64,000 bases of DNA from Eledone cirrhosa (GCA_964016885.1 OZ024745.1:54002001-54066000); one strand, 5' to 3'. Shown: positions 15,790 to 29,560, counted from the stretch's first letter. Numbers and translations are program-made. The notes: a model not told the origin generated them from the letters alone.

Positions 15790-17524
15790 ATGGATTCCAA
15801 CAACGAAAAAAAAAAATTTGAAAAATTGCATGACAATATTAATACCACAAACAAAGACACAACAAACACAAAAATAACATTTGAAAACAACATCATAACA
15901 GAAAGCAAAGCAGACGACAAAGTCAACACCAACAAGATTTCATTTGCACAAACAACAAAGAAATCTTTGACATATATACCTGAAAATATTTCAGATATGG
16001 CACAAAGAATTGCAGACGCCAAACAATATATAACTGAAGGAGAGAATGGTATTTTATCGGTAAAAATGCCTCAAGAACTCACCAAAGACATTGAAAGTCG
16101 AACGGTCGTTTTCCGCACCATCAACAACACTTCAAAAAAACCTGAACAGCCAACTCAAGCAGAAATCAAAACAGTACTCACAGAAGTACTTAATGAAACC
16201 ACTTTCATAAGAAAAGACAGACTGTATGGAAGCCTAGCGATTATTATGAAGAACGAATCGGCGGCAAAAAAATGTGCTTTGTCACCGATTCGCTCGAAAA
16301 TTTTTACCTTTTATCCATCTTATATGGGGAAAAGAACTCAACGCATATGGCTGGATGCAATGATGCCAGATGTGGACTACTGCTGGCTCATAGCTGGCTT
16401 CATCGATCCAGTGAATGACAACGTGATTTCCATTTGGAAAACCACAGGCAATGCGTTCAGTGGAACATGTATAGAGCTTGTAGTGCAAATGAAGCCTGAA
16501 CGCATCGCCCAAATACCCGACAGAATCCTACTAGAGGGCCACGGGTATATAAACATTAGCGTGGAGGGTAGAAGGCCGTCCTGTCATATCTGTGCAGGCA
16601 GAGGGCACCTGAAGGCCGCTTGTCCCCAACTCAACAAAAAGAAAACCCTGCTACCAACACCAGCACCACCACCACAACAGATAAACAAACAATAAAACTC
16701 AGTCCCACCCAACCCGTCCCTCAGTAAAACTACACCACCACCACAAAACAAATAGTCACAACACATTACCCCAAAACAAAACACAGGCCCACCCAACCCC
16801 TCACTCAATAAAACAACACAACCACCGCAGCCACAACACACAACACAGTCTAACATAGTGACATCCATCTCCCCCACAAAGAAAACCAACACGGAAACAT
16901 TACCAGCAAACATACCTCTTCCCTCCAAAACTGAAGATAACCCAACGAATTCGGAGGAAGAAACGGAGTCCTTCAGACAGATTAAAAGGAAAAAAAGAAA
17001 ACATGTGCAAAACACACAAGGCCAAACAACCCCCACCCAAATGTCAACACAATCCAACAAAACACAAAACACCCCTCCAGCAACAAACAAAACAAAACCT
17101 GCCCCTCCCCTCTTCGAAACACTCACACCATCCGAAAAAAAGACATTACACTATACTTACATCAACAGAAACAATAATAAATTAAATGAACTCATAAACA
17201 ATAATCCTTCGGTACAAACCGAAGGTGTAAACTTTGTTTCTTCAGAAAACTAGCCACATTTAAAATTAATAAAGATCCCAATGAACCTCTACCAAAAACT
17301 AAAAAAAGGATTTTAAGGAGGACGTAGGACCACCCTCTGTCAAACCCATAAACCGCGTCCTACTAAAAAGCCTTCCCCCTCCCCTCCCCCTCCCCAACAC
17401 AACTCCAAACACCCCAACCCCACCACACACTGACGACCCCACACCACCACAAGACACCCCTTCACCCAACACCCCCGACCCCATGGAAGTCGTGCGACCT
17501 GAACCCCGGGAAGCAGAAAGGTAG
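15790..17524 (+). pseudogene. Tx1-like ORF1 (gag-like, single CCHC zinc knuckle), disrupted
   Basis: CHICAGRGHLKAAC (CX2CX4HX4C) followed by a P/T/Q/K-rich tail; nonsense codons at ~16693, ~16753, 17251 and a frameshift ~17305; homologous to 61724-63300. Confidence 0.85.
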
Positions 17525-17557
17525 GTCTCTACACTCTCCTTTGGCTCTGCCGCCCAC

Positions 17558-20366
17558 ATGGATGTGTTAAGAGTAGGATGTTTGAATGCACGTGGCCTGG
17601 GCTCAACTTGGAAGCAAGCAAAGCTTCTAAATGACCTCAGGTCATGTGGTATAAATGTAATGGTTATCTGTGAGACTCGGATCAGCGTCGTGCAGCAGCT
17701 GGCCCCTACCTTCGATGACTTTGAGGTGCATGCATCTCTCTGTCAACCTGGAGGTGGGGGCGGGGTTGTCGTACTGCTGCAAAAACACCTGGGTCTTGCC
17801 GTACAGGTTGTTCACTCGGACCCGGAGGGTCGTTTGTTGGTGCTAGACGTTGGCAGTAGTGAAGGTGCGACCTTGAGACTGGTCGCCGTCTACTCCCCTT
17901 TCGGAGCTGAACGGCCCGACTTCTTCCAGCGTTTGGAGACTTTTCTGGGAACGTCGCGTTCCCTGCTTCTAGCGGGGGATTGGAATGACATCCTAGATGC
18001 ACGTTGGGACTATGCAGGAGCATGTCCTAATAGAGGGGGGTGTAACAGCCTCAAGGGGTTACTCGACCGTTTTAACTTGGTCGATAGATATCGACTAGAT
18101 TTTCCAACTGTGCCTACCTGGACTTGGAGAAACCACAGTGATCAATCTAGATCGTACTTAGATAGATTCTTAGTTAGAAGTAAGGATAGGGACATATTAA
18201 GCTGTCCAGAAATGCGCACGGTTGGCTATACGGATCACAAATTAGTGACCTGCGTAGTCAATCTCGAGAAAACACATAAACAGGGTCCCGGTTACTGGAA
18301 ACTTAATTTGTCTTTACCGGCAAAAGAGACTTACAGAAACCGGATTAGCAGATTAGTTAAGGAGAGGTTGACGGGTGCAATCGTCAACAACCGATGGTGG
18401 GCATCTCTCAAAAGAGAGATTAGAACAGAATCAATAAGTTATAGCAAGATGTTAGCTGCCGATAGGAATAGAAACGAGAAAGAATTAACAGGTAAATTAG
18501 AAGAGGCAATCAAGAGCGAAGATGTGGCCAGAGTGCTGGCATCGAGGACGGCCTTGAACCAGTTTTTCGATGCAAAGCACGAAGGCTGCGTCATTCGAAG
18601 TAAAATACGTGCTCTAGGTAATGAGGGGGCCAAAGCCGTTGGCTGGGCCCGCGTGACAGAAGCTAAGAGTGGAAATCGATCCACCATCCGGTCGTTGCAA
18701 GACGAGGATGGACGGGTGATCCGGGAGCCTAAGCAGATGTGCGAGGCCTTTCAAAGGCACTTTGCCCGATTATTCGGGGGAGGCGAGGGTCCGGGCGGGG
18801 ACGTGGATTTCGGTCCATACCTCGACGGCCTGCCGCGTCTCTCGAGCGAAGAGGCAGAGTCCTGCGAGGGACCAATCTCTCTCCTCCCTTCTGTACGTAT
18901 TGACTCTCGAGCCTTTACTGAGGAAGTTAGAGTTGTTGCAGGGTATCCCCCTGGAACCAGGATTGAGCAAAGCGGTGTCGGCCTACGCCGATGACGTAAC
19001 AGTAATGGTATCGACCGACTCGGAAATAGAGGCGATCGGTACCTTACTGGAGGATTACGAAAGGTTGTCAGGAGCGAAACTGAACCGGGAAAAATCCATC
19101 GGGCTGCAACTCGGAACGTGGAGAGGCACACCGATGCCTCCCGACGGTGCCGTCGGACACTGGACGGAGGGCCCGGTAAAGTTGCTTGGGGTCTGGTTTG
19201 GACCGGACCTCCAGGTGGAAAAGAACTGGGACGAGGTTACGAACAAGGTGTTTGCACTAACCCAGAAATGGGCCAAGTGTAAGCTGTCCCTAAAAGGCCG
19301 GGCGAAGGTGACGAACATTTACATAGCGTCCGTCACTTACTACCGCCTGACTGTCGTGCCTTGCCCTAAGGAAACACTCACCACCATGGAACGCATGCTC
19401 TTCCAATTTCTTTGGAAGAAGCGCCCTCCTATGGTGAGAAGATCCATCTGCTGCCAACAACCTTCGAAAGGAGGGCTGGGGATGCCGTGGTTGATGATGC
19501 GTAGGCACGCATTAAGGCTACGGCACCTACAGGTATTCCTCACTGGTCAACCGGTGTGGGCTCCGTTTGTGAAACGAACCTTTCCGAGACTCGTCTCGCT
19601 CACCGAGCTGCAGTCCTGGGTCAAGCAAAGATCCGGAAAACTGGGAGACTGGCACACTGAGTGTGCTCAGGCGCTCAGGGCTCTCTGGCAAGCGGGCCAG
19701 GCCATCGGTGGAGTATCCACCTCATCATTCTATAGAGGGCTGGTGGCTAGCAGGGGCGATGACACCCTTGGAGAGTCGCTGGACATGGAAGAGGACGGAC
19801 TGGCCAGCCTGTTCGGTAGGACTTTCGGCCCGGGACTAATGGACAACTTCCAGAAGTCACTAGCCTGGCAGTGCTACCGGAGGGCTCTACCCGTTCGAGA
19901 GAGGCTCTACAGACACGGGCACCCGGGCAGGGATCCCTCAAAAAAGATTTGCCCTAGATGCGTACGTCACGAAGAAACCGTTGCGCACGCATTGGTGCAA
20001 TGTCCGGGCGTGGCTGATCTGTGGGGCTACGCCGAACGACTGCTGTCGCGGGTGGCGCCGATTCAATTGACCGCCGAGTCCGTGATGACAATCAAACCGC
20101 CTCCCCTCTTCACAAAGGAAGCAAAGGCGGTTTTTCTGTGCGTAATAGCCATGTTGAAAGAGGTTGTTTGGTAGACACGATTGAAAGGTCTGAGGTCAGG
20201 CAACTTCCTCTCTGGCCATAGTCTGGTCTACTTCTTCCGATATCACTTCGGAAGAAGGATAAGAATGGAGAGAGAGGTGCTTGGCCACAGGCAGTTTTAT
20301 GAAAGGTGGGTGATAGTGGCGAGAATGGCTCGTGTAAATGGGCCTTCTCTGTATACCATCCTGTAG
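17558..20366 (+). pseudogene. Tx1-like ORF2 (APE endonuclease - RT - CCHC), disrupted
   Basis: LNARGL, ICET, VYSP, AGDWN, LDRF, TDH APE motifs; ~629-bp deletion at 18877-18879 relative to copy C removes most of the RT core; YADD retained; stop at 20172. Confidence 0.92.
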
Positions 20367-20600
20367 GTAAAGAAGTGAAGGAGAGGGGAGCACCTTCTCC
20401 ATGTGCTCCCCGGGCAAAGGATTGCACACTTTTTCGGGGGTGTGTGCAATCCCCATCACGTCCCCTCCCTTCTGAGGTTGTTTTCGATTATTTTCATTTC
20501 ATACCCTTTTTACTCGATTGTATGTAAACTCCCCCTTTGTATTTGTCCCTTCTTTTTATGCCTTTATGGTAAATAAAGAAATATATCTATCTATTTACCT

Positions 20601-20957
20601 TGGAAGAAGAATCAGGATGGAGAGAGAGGTGCTGTACCCCAGTAAGTTTTATGAAAGGTGGGTGAAAGTGGCGAGAATGGCCCGAGTGAATGGGCCTGCT
20701 CTCTATATCAGCCTGTAGGTTGAGGAAAAAGAGGAGGAGAGAAAGGAGTACAAACTTTTCGTACTCCTGGAGATGAGGGTTGCACATTTTTTTCCGGGGG
20801 TATGTGTTACCCATATGAACTGTCTCCCCCTATTGCGGAAAATCGATTAATTTTTAAATTGTATTTGTGATAATATTTTACACGTTTTTATTGTATTTAA
20901 ACTTCCCCCTTTGTATTTGTCCCCTTCCGTTGTGCCCCTGTGGCTAATAAAGAAACA
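20601..20957 (+). mobile_element. Tx1-like 3' fragment (twin of B2) with its own TSD
   Basis: Same start TTGGAAGAAGAATCAGG as 6532; TATCTATCTATTTACCT on both sides. Confidence 0.9.
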
Positions 20958-21079
20958 TATCTATCTATCTATTTACCTATCTATCTATCCACACACATAG
21001 CTACCTACCTACTTACCTATCTACCTCCCTATCTGTCTACCTATCTACCTACCCTACTTACCTACCGACATAGCTCAAC

Positions 21080-22210
21080 TGGTGAGGAGATCCGTCTTCT
21101 GTCAGCACCCTTCCAACGGCGGGCTCGGAATGCCGTGGCTAATGATGCACAAACACGCACTGAGGCTACGGCATCTCCAGGTATTCCTCACCGACCAACC
21201 GGTGTGGCCCCGTTTGAGAGACAGGCCTTCCCGCAACTTGTCTCACTGACGGAGCTGCAGTCCTGGGTCAAGCGGAGTCCGAAGAAAATTGGCACTTAAC
21301 ACATTAAATCCCCCAGGAGCTCACAGTCCGCTTTCAACCGTCACTGCAATCAGTGGAGACTCCACTTCGACATTCTATAGAGGGTTAGTACGTTACAAGT
21401 GCGACGACGTGCTCGAAGAGACTCTGGGCGTTGAAGACGACCAGCACACCGGTCTGTTTGGTAGGGCTTTCTGCCCAGGACCTAGGGACAACTTCTAGAG
21501 GTCCCTGGCCTGGCTGTGCTACTGAGGAGCTCTACGAGTTCGAGACAAGATCTACAAGCACGGACGCCCCGGCAGGGATCCTTCCAAGAGGACGTGTCAA
21601 AGATGCGAGCAGGACATTGAAACCGTCTTACACGCAATTGTACACTGCTCGGGCGTAACCGACCTGTGGAACTACGCAGAACAACTTCTGTCACGTATGG
21701 GACAAATCCAGTTGACTGCCGAGTCCATAGTAAGGATCAAACCGTCAACGCTATGGTAAAAGAGATTATATGGTGGACGAGATTGGGAGGACTGAGGACA
21801 GATGCTTTTCTCTCCGGACAACAACCCATTCCCTTCTTTAGGTACCAATTTAGAAGGAGAATCAGAGTGGAGAGAGAGAGGCACTGCACCCCAGTAAATT
21901 TTCTGAAAGGTGGGTGAATGTAGCAAAAATGGCCCAAGTGATTTGGCCTTCTCTTTATATAAACCTGTAGGTTGAAGATGAGAGCAAAAGGAAGAAATGA
22001 GCACTTGCACAACACGCTCCTGCAGTTGGGGGTTGTTCTATCTACGGGGTATTAAACAACCCATTTGTAACGCCTCTCCCCTATTGGGAATTTCGATTGT
22101 TAAATTTGCTTGTTTGAATATTATTTTTACACGACTGTATGTAAAATCCCCGGCATGCGTCTTTGTATAGTCCCCTTTTCTTGTGCGCCCTTGTGGCAAA
22201 TAAAGAAATA
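21080..22210 (+). mobile_element. Older, degenerate 5'-truncated Tx1-like copy F
   Basis: GLGMPWLMM, LVSLTELQSWVK, HGRPGRDP motifs with multiple frameshifts; ends AATAAAGAAATA followed by TATC/TACC repeats. Confidence 0.88.
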
Positions 22211-22961
22211 TATCTACCTATGTATTTACCTAACTACATACATATCTATCTACCTACCTACCTACCTACCTACCTACCTACCTACCTACCTACCTACCTA
22301 CCTACCTACCTACCTACCTACCTACCTACCTACATACATACATACCTATACACCACCTATCTACTTACGTACCTACATACATACCTACTAGCCTAACTAT
22401 CTACCTACCTACACACCAGCTACCTGTCCATCTACCTACCTATCTACCTACCTACCTAACTACCTATCTAGCTACCTACCAACCTATCTACATACATGGT
22501 GGCTGCCAACTCGTTTTCGAGTACGGCCACTACTTTATATCCATGTAGGAGAACCCCTACCGGTGCGCTGAACGAGTGTGACTTTTTAGTCCAGCCAGCG
22601 ACTTGAAAACTCTGGTACAAACACTACACTTGTGACAATTATGGACACCTAGTGCTGGGCCCATGGTACCATGTGACGACAAGTGCAGAGAGATCTCCAG
22701 ATATAAAGCAATGCCTGTGCCGTGAAGCTTTTATAGTGAGCAAAGGCACTGCACAAAGCCAGTCCCACTCTCTTAACCAAGATGATATTTACCAAAAAGA
22801 AGAACAAGTCAACATCATTGGATACCATCAGGGTTGCAGGTGTTATATCAGAGTGTTCCTTCTCTTAGAATTCTGCCTTGACAAAGGCTAAGGGGTCATC
22901 TCTCCCGGTGATTTTGGATGGCCATTGACTCTTAAGAGCTCCTTTGCCCTACATACATACA

Positions 22962-22995
<34 letters not shown>

Positions 22996-23224
22996 CAGAC
23001 CGACAGACAGACAGAGAAAGAATAGCAGCGTGTGGAGTGCCGCTGCGCTGGAAAAGACACGTCATCCACATGCAAGCATAACAATGTGAACATACCACGG
23101 CTAATGATCAGGATGATGCTACATGCTGTTGGAAATTTTATAAACTTACACACATATAAACATATATACATACAAACATACACACATACAAACATATGTA
23201 CATAGAAACTAACAATAGATACCG

Positions 23225-23233
23225 ATACACATT

Positions 23234-23286
<53 letters not shown>

Positions 23287-23348
23287 ACATACATACACAC
23301 ATTAATACATAAATAAATAAATGAATGAATAAATATATATATATATAT

Positions 23349-23413
<65 letters not shown>

Positions 23414-23453
23414 CATATATATATATATTTATATATTTATATATATATATATT

Positions 23454-23513
<60 letters not shown>

Positions 23514-23522
23514 CACACACAT

Positions 23523-23556
<34 letters not shown>

Positions 23557-23634
23557 CTATAAATCTATATCTGCTTTCACCCTTATTATGCCTATATACA
23601 TGTATATATGCATGTATATATACACACGCACACA

Positions 23635-23726
<92 letters not shown>

Positions 23727-23748
23727 TATATATCTATATAATATATCC

Positions 23749-23790
<42 letters not shown>

Positions 23791-23803
23791 CTATATAATA
23801 TAT

Positions 23804-23874
<71 letters not shown>

Positions 23875-23895
23875 TATAAATATACATATACATAT
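23225..23895. repeat. Long (TA)n/(CA)n compound microsatellite
   Basis: Directly visible. Confidence 0.95.
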
Positions 23896-24337
23896 CAGCC
23901 TAGATAAGCAGACTGTAATGTGGATTGTTGATGGCAGAAAAAAGAAAAAAAGAATATATCGGAAGAGTTGCTTTGATATGCCAGTATTTAGAGATGAAAT
24001 CAATAATCAATGTCTCGTGAAACAAAACTTCCGTTCATACTTATCCATCTATACGTGTGTCTAAACGTGACGTTTAAGCTAGCTTTCCAGATTTTCGTTT
24101 TATTTTCTTGTGAAAATAGTTTTTTAAAGAAAGAAAGGTTGTTTGTAAAAATAAAGAAGTTTAGTGTTTAGTGTATGGGGAAAGTAAATTATAGTTATAA
24201 TGAGAGAAAGTGAAAGAGAATTCTAATTCTAATTAGTGAAGGATATATATATTAAGATAACTTAATCAAAGAAACAATTGTTAATACTGTAAATAAAACC
24301 CTTCTTGTACTGTTAACCACGCTATTCTTCACTCTTT

Positions 24338-24402
<65 letters not shown>

Positions 24403-24408
<6 letters not shown>

Positions 24409-24600
24409 TAACAGATTATAGTTTAAGCAAAGAATGGCTGCTTGACTTTGTTAGTTTCAGAAGATCCCGTTAAGGGTGAAAGCGGCGATTCTTTGCTTAA
24501 ATTTTAATCTATTATTTTAATAAATATTTGCTCTACGGTTCTTATATATTTGATATATATTTATCCTTATCGAGCCCTCTTTGGATTTTAGTCTTCAAAT
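24403..24600 (+). mobile_element. Fold-back repeat with hammerhead-like core variant; family also at 33770-34207
   Basis: Arm 24403-24443 is the reverse complement of 24480-24520; loop TTTCAGAAGATCCCGTTAAGGGTGAAAGC recurs at ~33820 and in part at ~34185. Confidence 0.6.
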
Positions 24601-24613
24601 TTATTATTATTAC

Positions 24614-24644
<31 letters not shown>

Positions 24645-24822
24645 GTGGAGAGAAAGTGAGCGGGTGAGAGGGAGAGAGATGGGGAGAGAGGGAGTGAATG
24701 AGAAAGAGTGAAGAAAGAAATGCAAAATTAATGAGAGTAAGGGCAAGAAGTACGGGCTATAGATAATAAGAATTATCAGAAATAAGTAAAAAAATAAAAA
24801 TAAAAAGAAGACCGAGATGTCC

Positions 24823-24975
24823 CAAGGAAGTGTCACAAGGCTGTGTCACAAGGCTGTGTCACAAGGAAGTGTCACAAAGCTGTGTCACAATGTTGTGGCT
24901 CAAGGTATTTTCACAATGTAGTGTCTCAAGGTAACATCACAATGTAAAGTCACATGGTTGTGTTACAAGGTCGTG
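24823..24975. repeat. 13-bp minisatellite (CAAGGCTGTGTCA) x ~12, decaying 3'
   Basis: Directly visible tandem units. Confidence 0.9.
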
Positions 24976-25214
24976 AATTGACAGTGCTGTTTGAGCGTCG
25001 GATTAAATATCTTACAGCATTTGTTCCAGGTTAACTTTGCCTTTCATCCTTTTTGGAGTTGCTAACGGAAGGAGTGGTGGATAGTCCTCAGTTGTGATAT
25101 TCCTGTAAATTGTCTCAGACTGGATTTGATCTAAGATCCTTTATTTCTTAATTAAGTTTAGAAGAGCCCAAACAAAATACATTTTTATATTTAGTTTCCT
25201 AACTTGAAACCAGT

Positions 25215-25440
25215 CAGGGTCTATGTGGAATGGAAGACAATCCGTCGGTTACGACGACAAATGTTCCATTTGATCTGATCAACAGAACAGCCTGCTTTTG
25301 AAATTAACGTGCAAGTGGCTGAGCATTCCACAAACACGCGTACCCCTAACTTAGTTCTCAGGGAGATCCGGTGTGACACAGAATGTACATATCCAGGAAT
25401 AACTCGATGATGACTGGAGACCCAACCAATCGACATTAGT
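25215..25440. mobile_element. Interspersed SINE-like repeat fragment
   Basis: GC-richer island (CTGATCAACAGAACAGCCTGC..GAAATTAACGTGCAAGTGGCTGAGCA) resembling an abundant cephalopod repeat as I recall it; not verified. Confidence 0.45.
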
Positions 25441-26375
25441 GTCGATAAAAATATAAATATTATGAATATGGACTTTAAAAATGAGATAAATAGTCCCAGA
25501 AATTTTAATCAATAAAAATTCCCATTAATACATTAAAAAATGGCAAATGGGATGATGTGATGGTGATATCTGAAGACCTTTCAGTGTTGATCTGCTCGAT
25601 CAAATCCAAACAACAAAAACAACAATAATGGCAGCATTAGCAGCGGCTCAACACACCCCTTTCCAATTTATTTTGCTATAACTTTTCAAACCCAGCCAGA
25701 TCAGAATCCACATCCATTCTGCATTAAGTACATTATGAAATCCTTACTGCAAAGAGCTGCCACCTTCCGGAACTGACTTTTAATTTCCCCATTTCCTACA
25801 TCCCTTCTTAATAACAAATTTGCATTATGGTTATTTCACTATCCCCCCCCCCCCACACAAACACACATATATACAGTCACATACACACACACGCACACAT
25901 GCACAAACACATACATAGCAATTGTAACTTATCTGAGTTGAATCCCCTTCATCTTTCCCTATGCAGCGGCCTTAAAGGAAAATACAGAGTGATAAAAAAC
26001 AACACCAACACACACACACACTCACGCCCCCCCCCTCCCACACAAAAAGAATAGCTTCATAAATCTGAGCTCAATTCAAAGCAGCATCTACTTTTGTCTT
26101 TCATCTTCTATTTTCTCCTCAAACCAAACCACATGCTGAAAATTTCAACCAACCTATTCATATAATGTATTAGAAATTTTGAGATGAAACAAAACAAAGA
26201 AGAAATATCACCAAAAAAGACGATGATAATAACAACAGCAGCAACATAAGGATAATAATAAGAAGTAAAAAACCGCAAACCCAAAACATCCAGCTCTCCA
26301 AACTAAAAGTAACGTGCTGTGTTTGTCTCGTCTAGCGCTTTTTTAGTTTCAGATGAGTAAAAATAGATTCAACAG

Positions 26376-26376
26376 C

Positions 26377-26463
<87 letters not shown>

Positions 26464-26483
26464 ATTATCTATCTATCTATCTA
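26376..26483. repeat. (TATC)n microsatellite without Tx1 insertion (empty target)
   Basis: Directly visible. Confidence 0.95.
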
Positions 26484-26651
26484 ATATATGTATAAACATA
26501 CATATAAACACACATACATACTTACCTACACACACCACACATGCACACACACAAACACACATATATGTATGTATGTACATATATATACATATATACGTAT
26601 ATATATATACTTACACACACACACACGCACGCGCACACACACACGCACACG

Positions 26652-26786
<135 letters not shown>

Positions 26787-27149
26787 GCATGTATTTGAAT
26801 ACTTTGCACACAGCAGCTAACGTATGTGTGTGTAATTGTGAAAGTGTATCCATTTCATGTCTATCTCTCTACCGTTTTCTTTCCCTATCACTTTGTTCCT
26901 TTTCTCTCTACTTACATCCATCCATCCATCCATCCGTGTATACATGCATATATACATATATATAAATGCATGTATGCATACATATATGTACACATACATT
27001 TATACATACAAATATACACGTCTGGCTCTACTAGTTTCAAAACCAGTCACTGATATCAGCTGGGAACATTAAAGTGCAACAAACGAGAGAAAAAAAAAAG
27101 CTGTTTACTAAAGTGTATTTGAACTTATTCCACTTACAAGTATGATCTG

Positions 27150-27850
27150 ATTTTGCAATCTGAAAAGAAAATGTAATCGAAAGTAGAAAATTTCTTTTCT
27201 ACAGCCGTTCAATGAGTAATTTACTTAACCAAATTTTCCATTTGTGTCGGTATGTTATTGGTTTCTTTTGATTGAGTACATGGTTCTATTTATTCAAGAG
27301 AAACAGCATTAAAGTGAGCTTCAGTTGCACGTCAAACTTTTCCGGTATCATAAACGAACACAATTCAAAAGTTTTACAATCATATACAGCACACGGATTA
27401 CAAGAAACCAACGTTTAGCTGCCGTAATAGAGAACACTACTCGATAAAGGGAGCACAGCACGCAAATTTAAGAAAATCATGTAAATATAAAATGGAATTC
27501 TCTGTTGGTTCATACAGAAAAAATTGCGTATACTGTATCATTGTGGCTTGATCCAAACTTGGTTTGTCTTTATGCTTACATATTCTAAAATGCATCGTTT
27601 CGAATAGAGTTAATCAATTGCACTGTCTAAGACCACCATATAGATCTTGGGTGCTTTTAGCAGAGTTCACTTTAGTATTCAGGCTAGGTTTTCGTCCAGT
27701 TTAAACCTCCCATCCTTCACCCTTCTCACCAAAAAAGAGTCATGGACACCACCTTTCTTTCTTTGATTAAACAATAAAAGAAATCCTTATGGAGCTAATG
27801 TATAGCAATGCTCACAATGCAACATAGAAATTCCAACTGGTCTATTTTCT
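27150..27850 (+). mobile_element. Old degenerate PLE fragment (linker/GIY-YIG region), related to the 42.7-45.0 kb ORF
   Basis: IKVSFSCTSNFSGIINEHNSKVL and FSCRNREHYSIKG align with IKLTYSSTKNLAQNINRIN and CNCRDRSKCPLNN of the intact PLE. Confidence 0.6.
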
Positions 27851-28899
27851 ATTTTCGTTCATTAAAGATTGCAATTCGTCATTATATGAGTTGAAATATG
27901 TGTTAACCCTAGATATGGATTAAAATATATAAATATATCACTTTAACACACATACAGCTGCTCGACATATACATCGGCAGTTATCATTGCATCAGTGTTT
28001 AAATATTCTCATCTGTGGCAGCGTGTTGTCAATTTCCGATTTTGTCTGCACTTGGTAAAATGTCAATAGAAGAGTATGTCAATTAGCATGCTTATACGCA
28101 CACGCTCAAGCATACGTACACATCTATATATGTACATACACACACATACGCATTATATATACTCATACACATTACACACACATACGCATATATACTTATA
28201 CACATTACGCATAAACATACGCACACACCCATACAGACAAATATAGAAAATCACTCACATCCACACATCCACTCACATTTATATATGTATTTACAAAGCA
28301 ATACAAGTTAACTTTACTTGTGGCTTATCATTGGTTTCATGCTCTTGTTCTTCAAATCCTATTTAAATCAACATAGTAAAAAACATACGAGAGATATTTT
28401 AAAAACGTGAAATTTCCACTTTGATTATTGTGAATAAACCATACTTAGGCAGTGTGAGGTATTTCTATATAAATCACGTTATCACGCTAGGAAAAATAAT
28501 AAAGGACTGAAAATGCATTTATTTGCTTTTTATATACACAGAAATGTACAGTTCAAACCAAAAAGAAATTAATTCATAGAAAATAAATTATTCTTTTTAA
28601 AAAAGGGTTCACAGATGATTTTTTTTTTTTTTTTTACTAACCAGTTTTACTGTTATGAGCTATTCAAAAGTACAAATGTCAAGGATACATTTGTGCTGGG
28701 TTTGTGTAACTTGTAGAATAGAACGCGTCTCAAGTACCGCGCATGTCTTTTCTATGACAGGGGACGTAACTGGTTATGTAACTCCTGTAACGCGTGTTGT
28801 CAAGACCATAGATGCAACTCTGTAATCACGTAGAATGTTGTGATACAGATTTAGAGCCCTCAACGAAACAATATAGTTCTTTTTGTTCATTCTATTCTT

Positions 28900-29560
28900 G
28901 ATCATCCGCATAAAAATTGAGAAAAGCCTTCAGCAGATGTCTGGAAAGTTACTTATGATGTGTCTTGCAAGTTTGACGGGCTAAAATGGGTCTTAGTTTT
29001 GAGCCAGTTTTTCGCATTTTCGCCTATCTCATTAATTAGTTTAATACTATGTATATTTAGTAATGTACAGTTTTACATTTAAGTTGGTACCTTAGTCTAA
29101 CACCTTATGGGCTAGACCATTTCTGTATGGATGTATTTTAAACGGTGAATTGTTTCATTACTTTACAAAATTTGTATTCTTTTGCGTCTTCATTGCATGT
29201 ACTATCCCATAGTATAAATTATGCAATATTTGTATTGTTTTGTGATTTTAATGACAGTAGAGATTTCTATCTCGGCTTCTTTTATATCCCTATTTCTGAC
29301 CAGCTTTAGATCGGCTAAATGGTTCCATTGTTTGGTGAAGGATTTTATTTGTCATGTTTCCAATTTATCAATGGAAAAGTTTCAAATTTATTTTAAAAAA
29401 AGTCACCAAGAGCTCGGGTTTCTGTTTATGATTAAGGATTCATCTTTGTTTTCTTCAAAGAATTGTTCCCCTAGTTTAGGTTTATTGCAGAATTCTGAAA
29501 TATCTTTAATTTCTAGTATGTTCGGTTGGTTTCTTGAGTAAACATTTGACATGCATTAAA
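28900..29560 (-). mobile_element. Possible highly decayed PLE RT N-terminal fragment
   Basis: Minus-strand LKLVRNRDIKEAE (a DKG-region-like context) and LRPILA-like remnants; weak. Confidence 0.3.

Larger units (their letters stand above)
15386..20583 (+). mobile_element. Tx1/L1-clade non-LTR retrotransposon copy E with both ends (5'UTR, ORF1, ORF2 with internal deletion, 3'UTR)
   Basis: Bounded by an 18-bp TSD TATCTATCTATTTACCTT (15368-15385, 20584-20601); near-identical to copy C over the shared region. Confidence 0.95.

Noticed and set aside
24823-24975. CRISPR-like array (also considered for 14090-14805 and 60940-61290)
   Set aside because: Contiguous tandem units without unique spacers, no cas genes, eukaryotic context.
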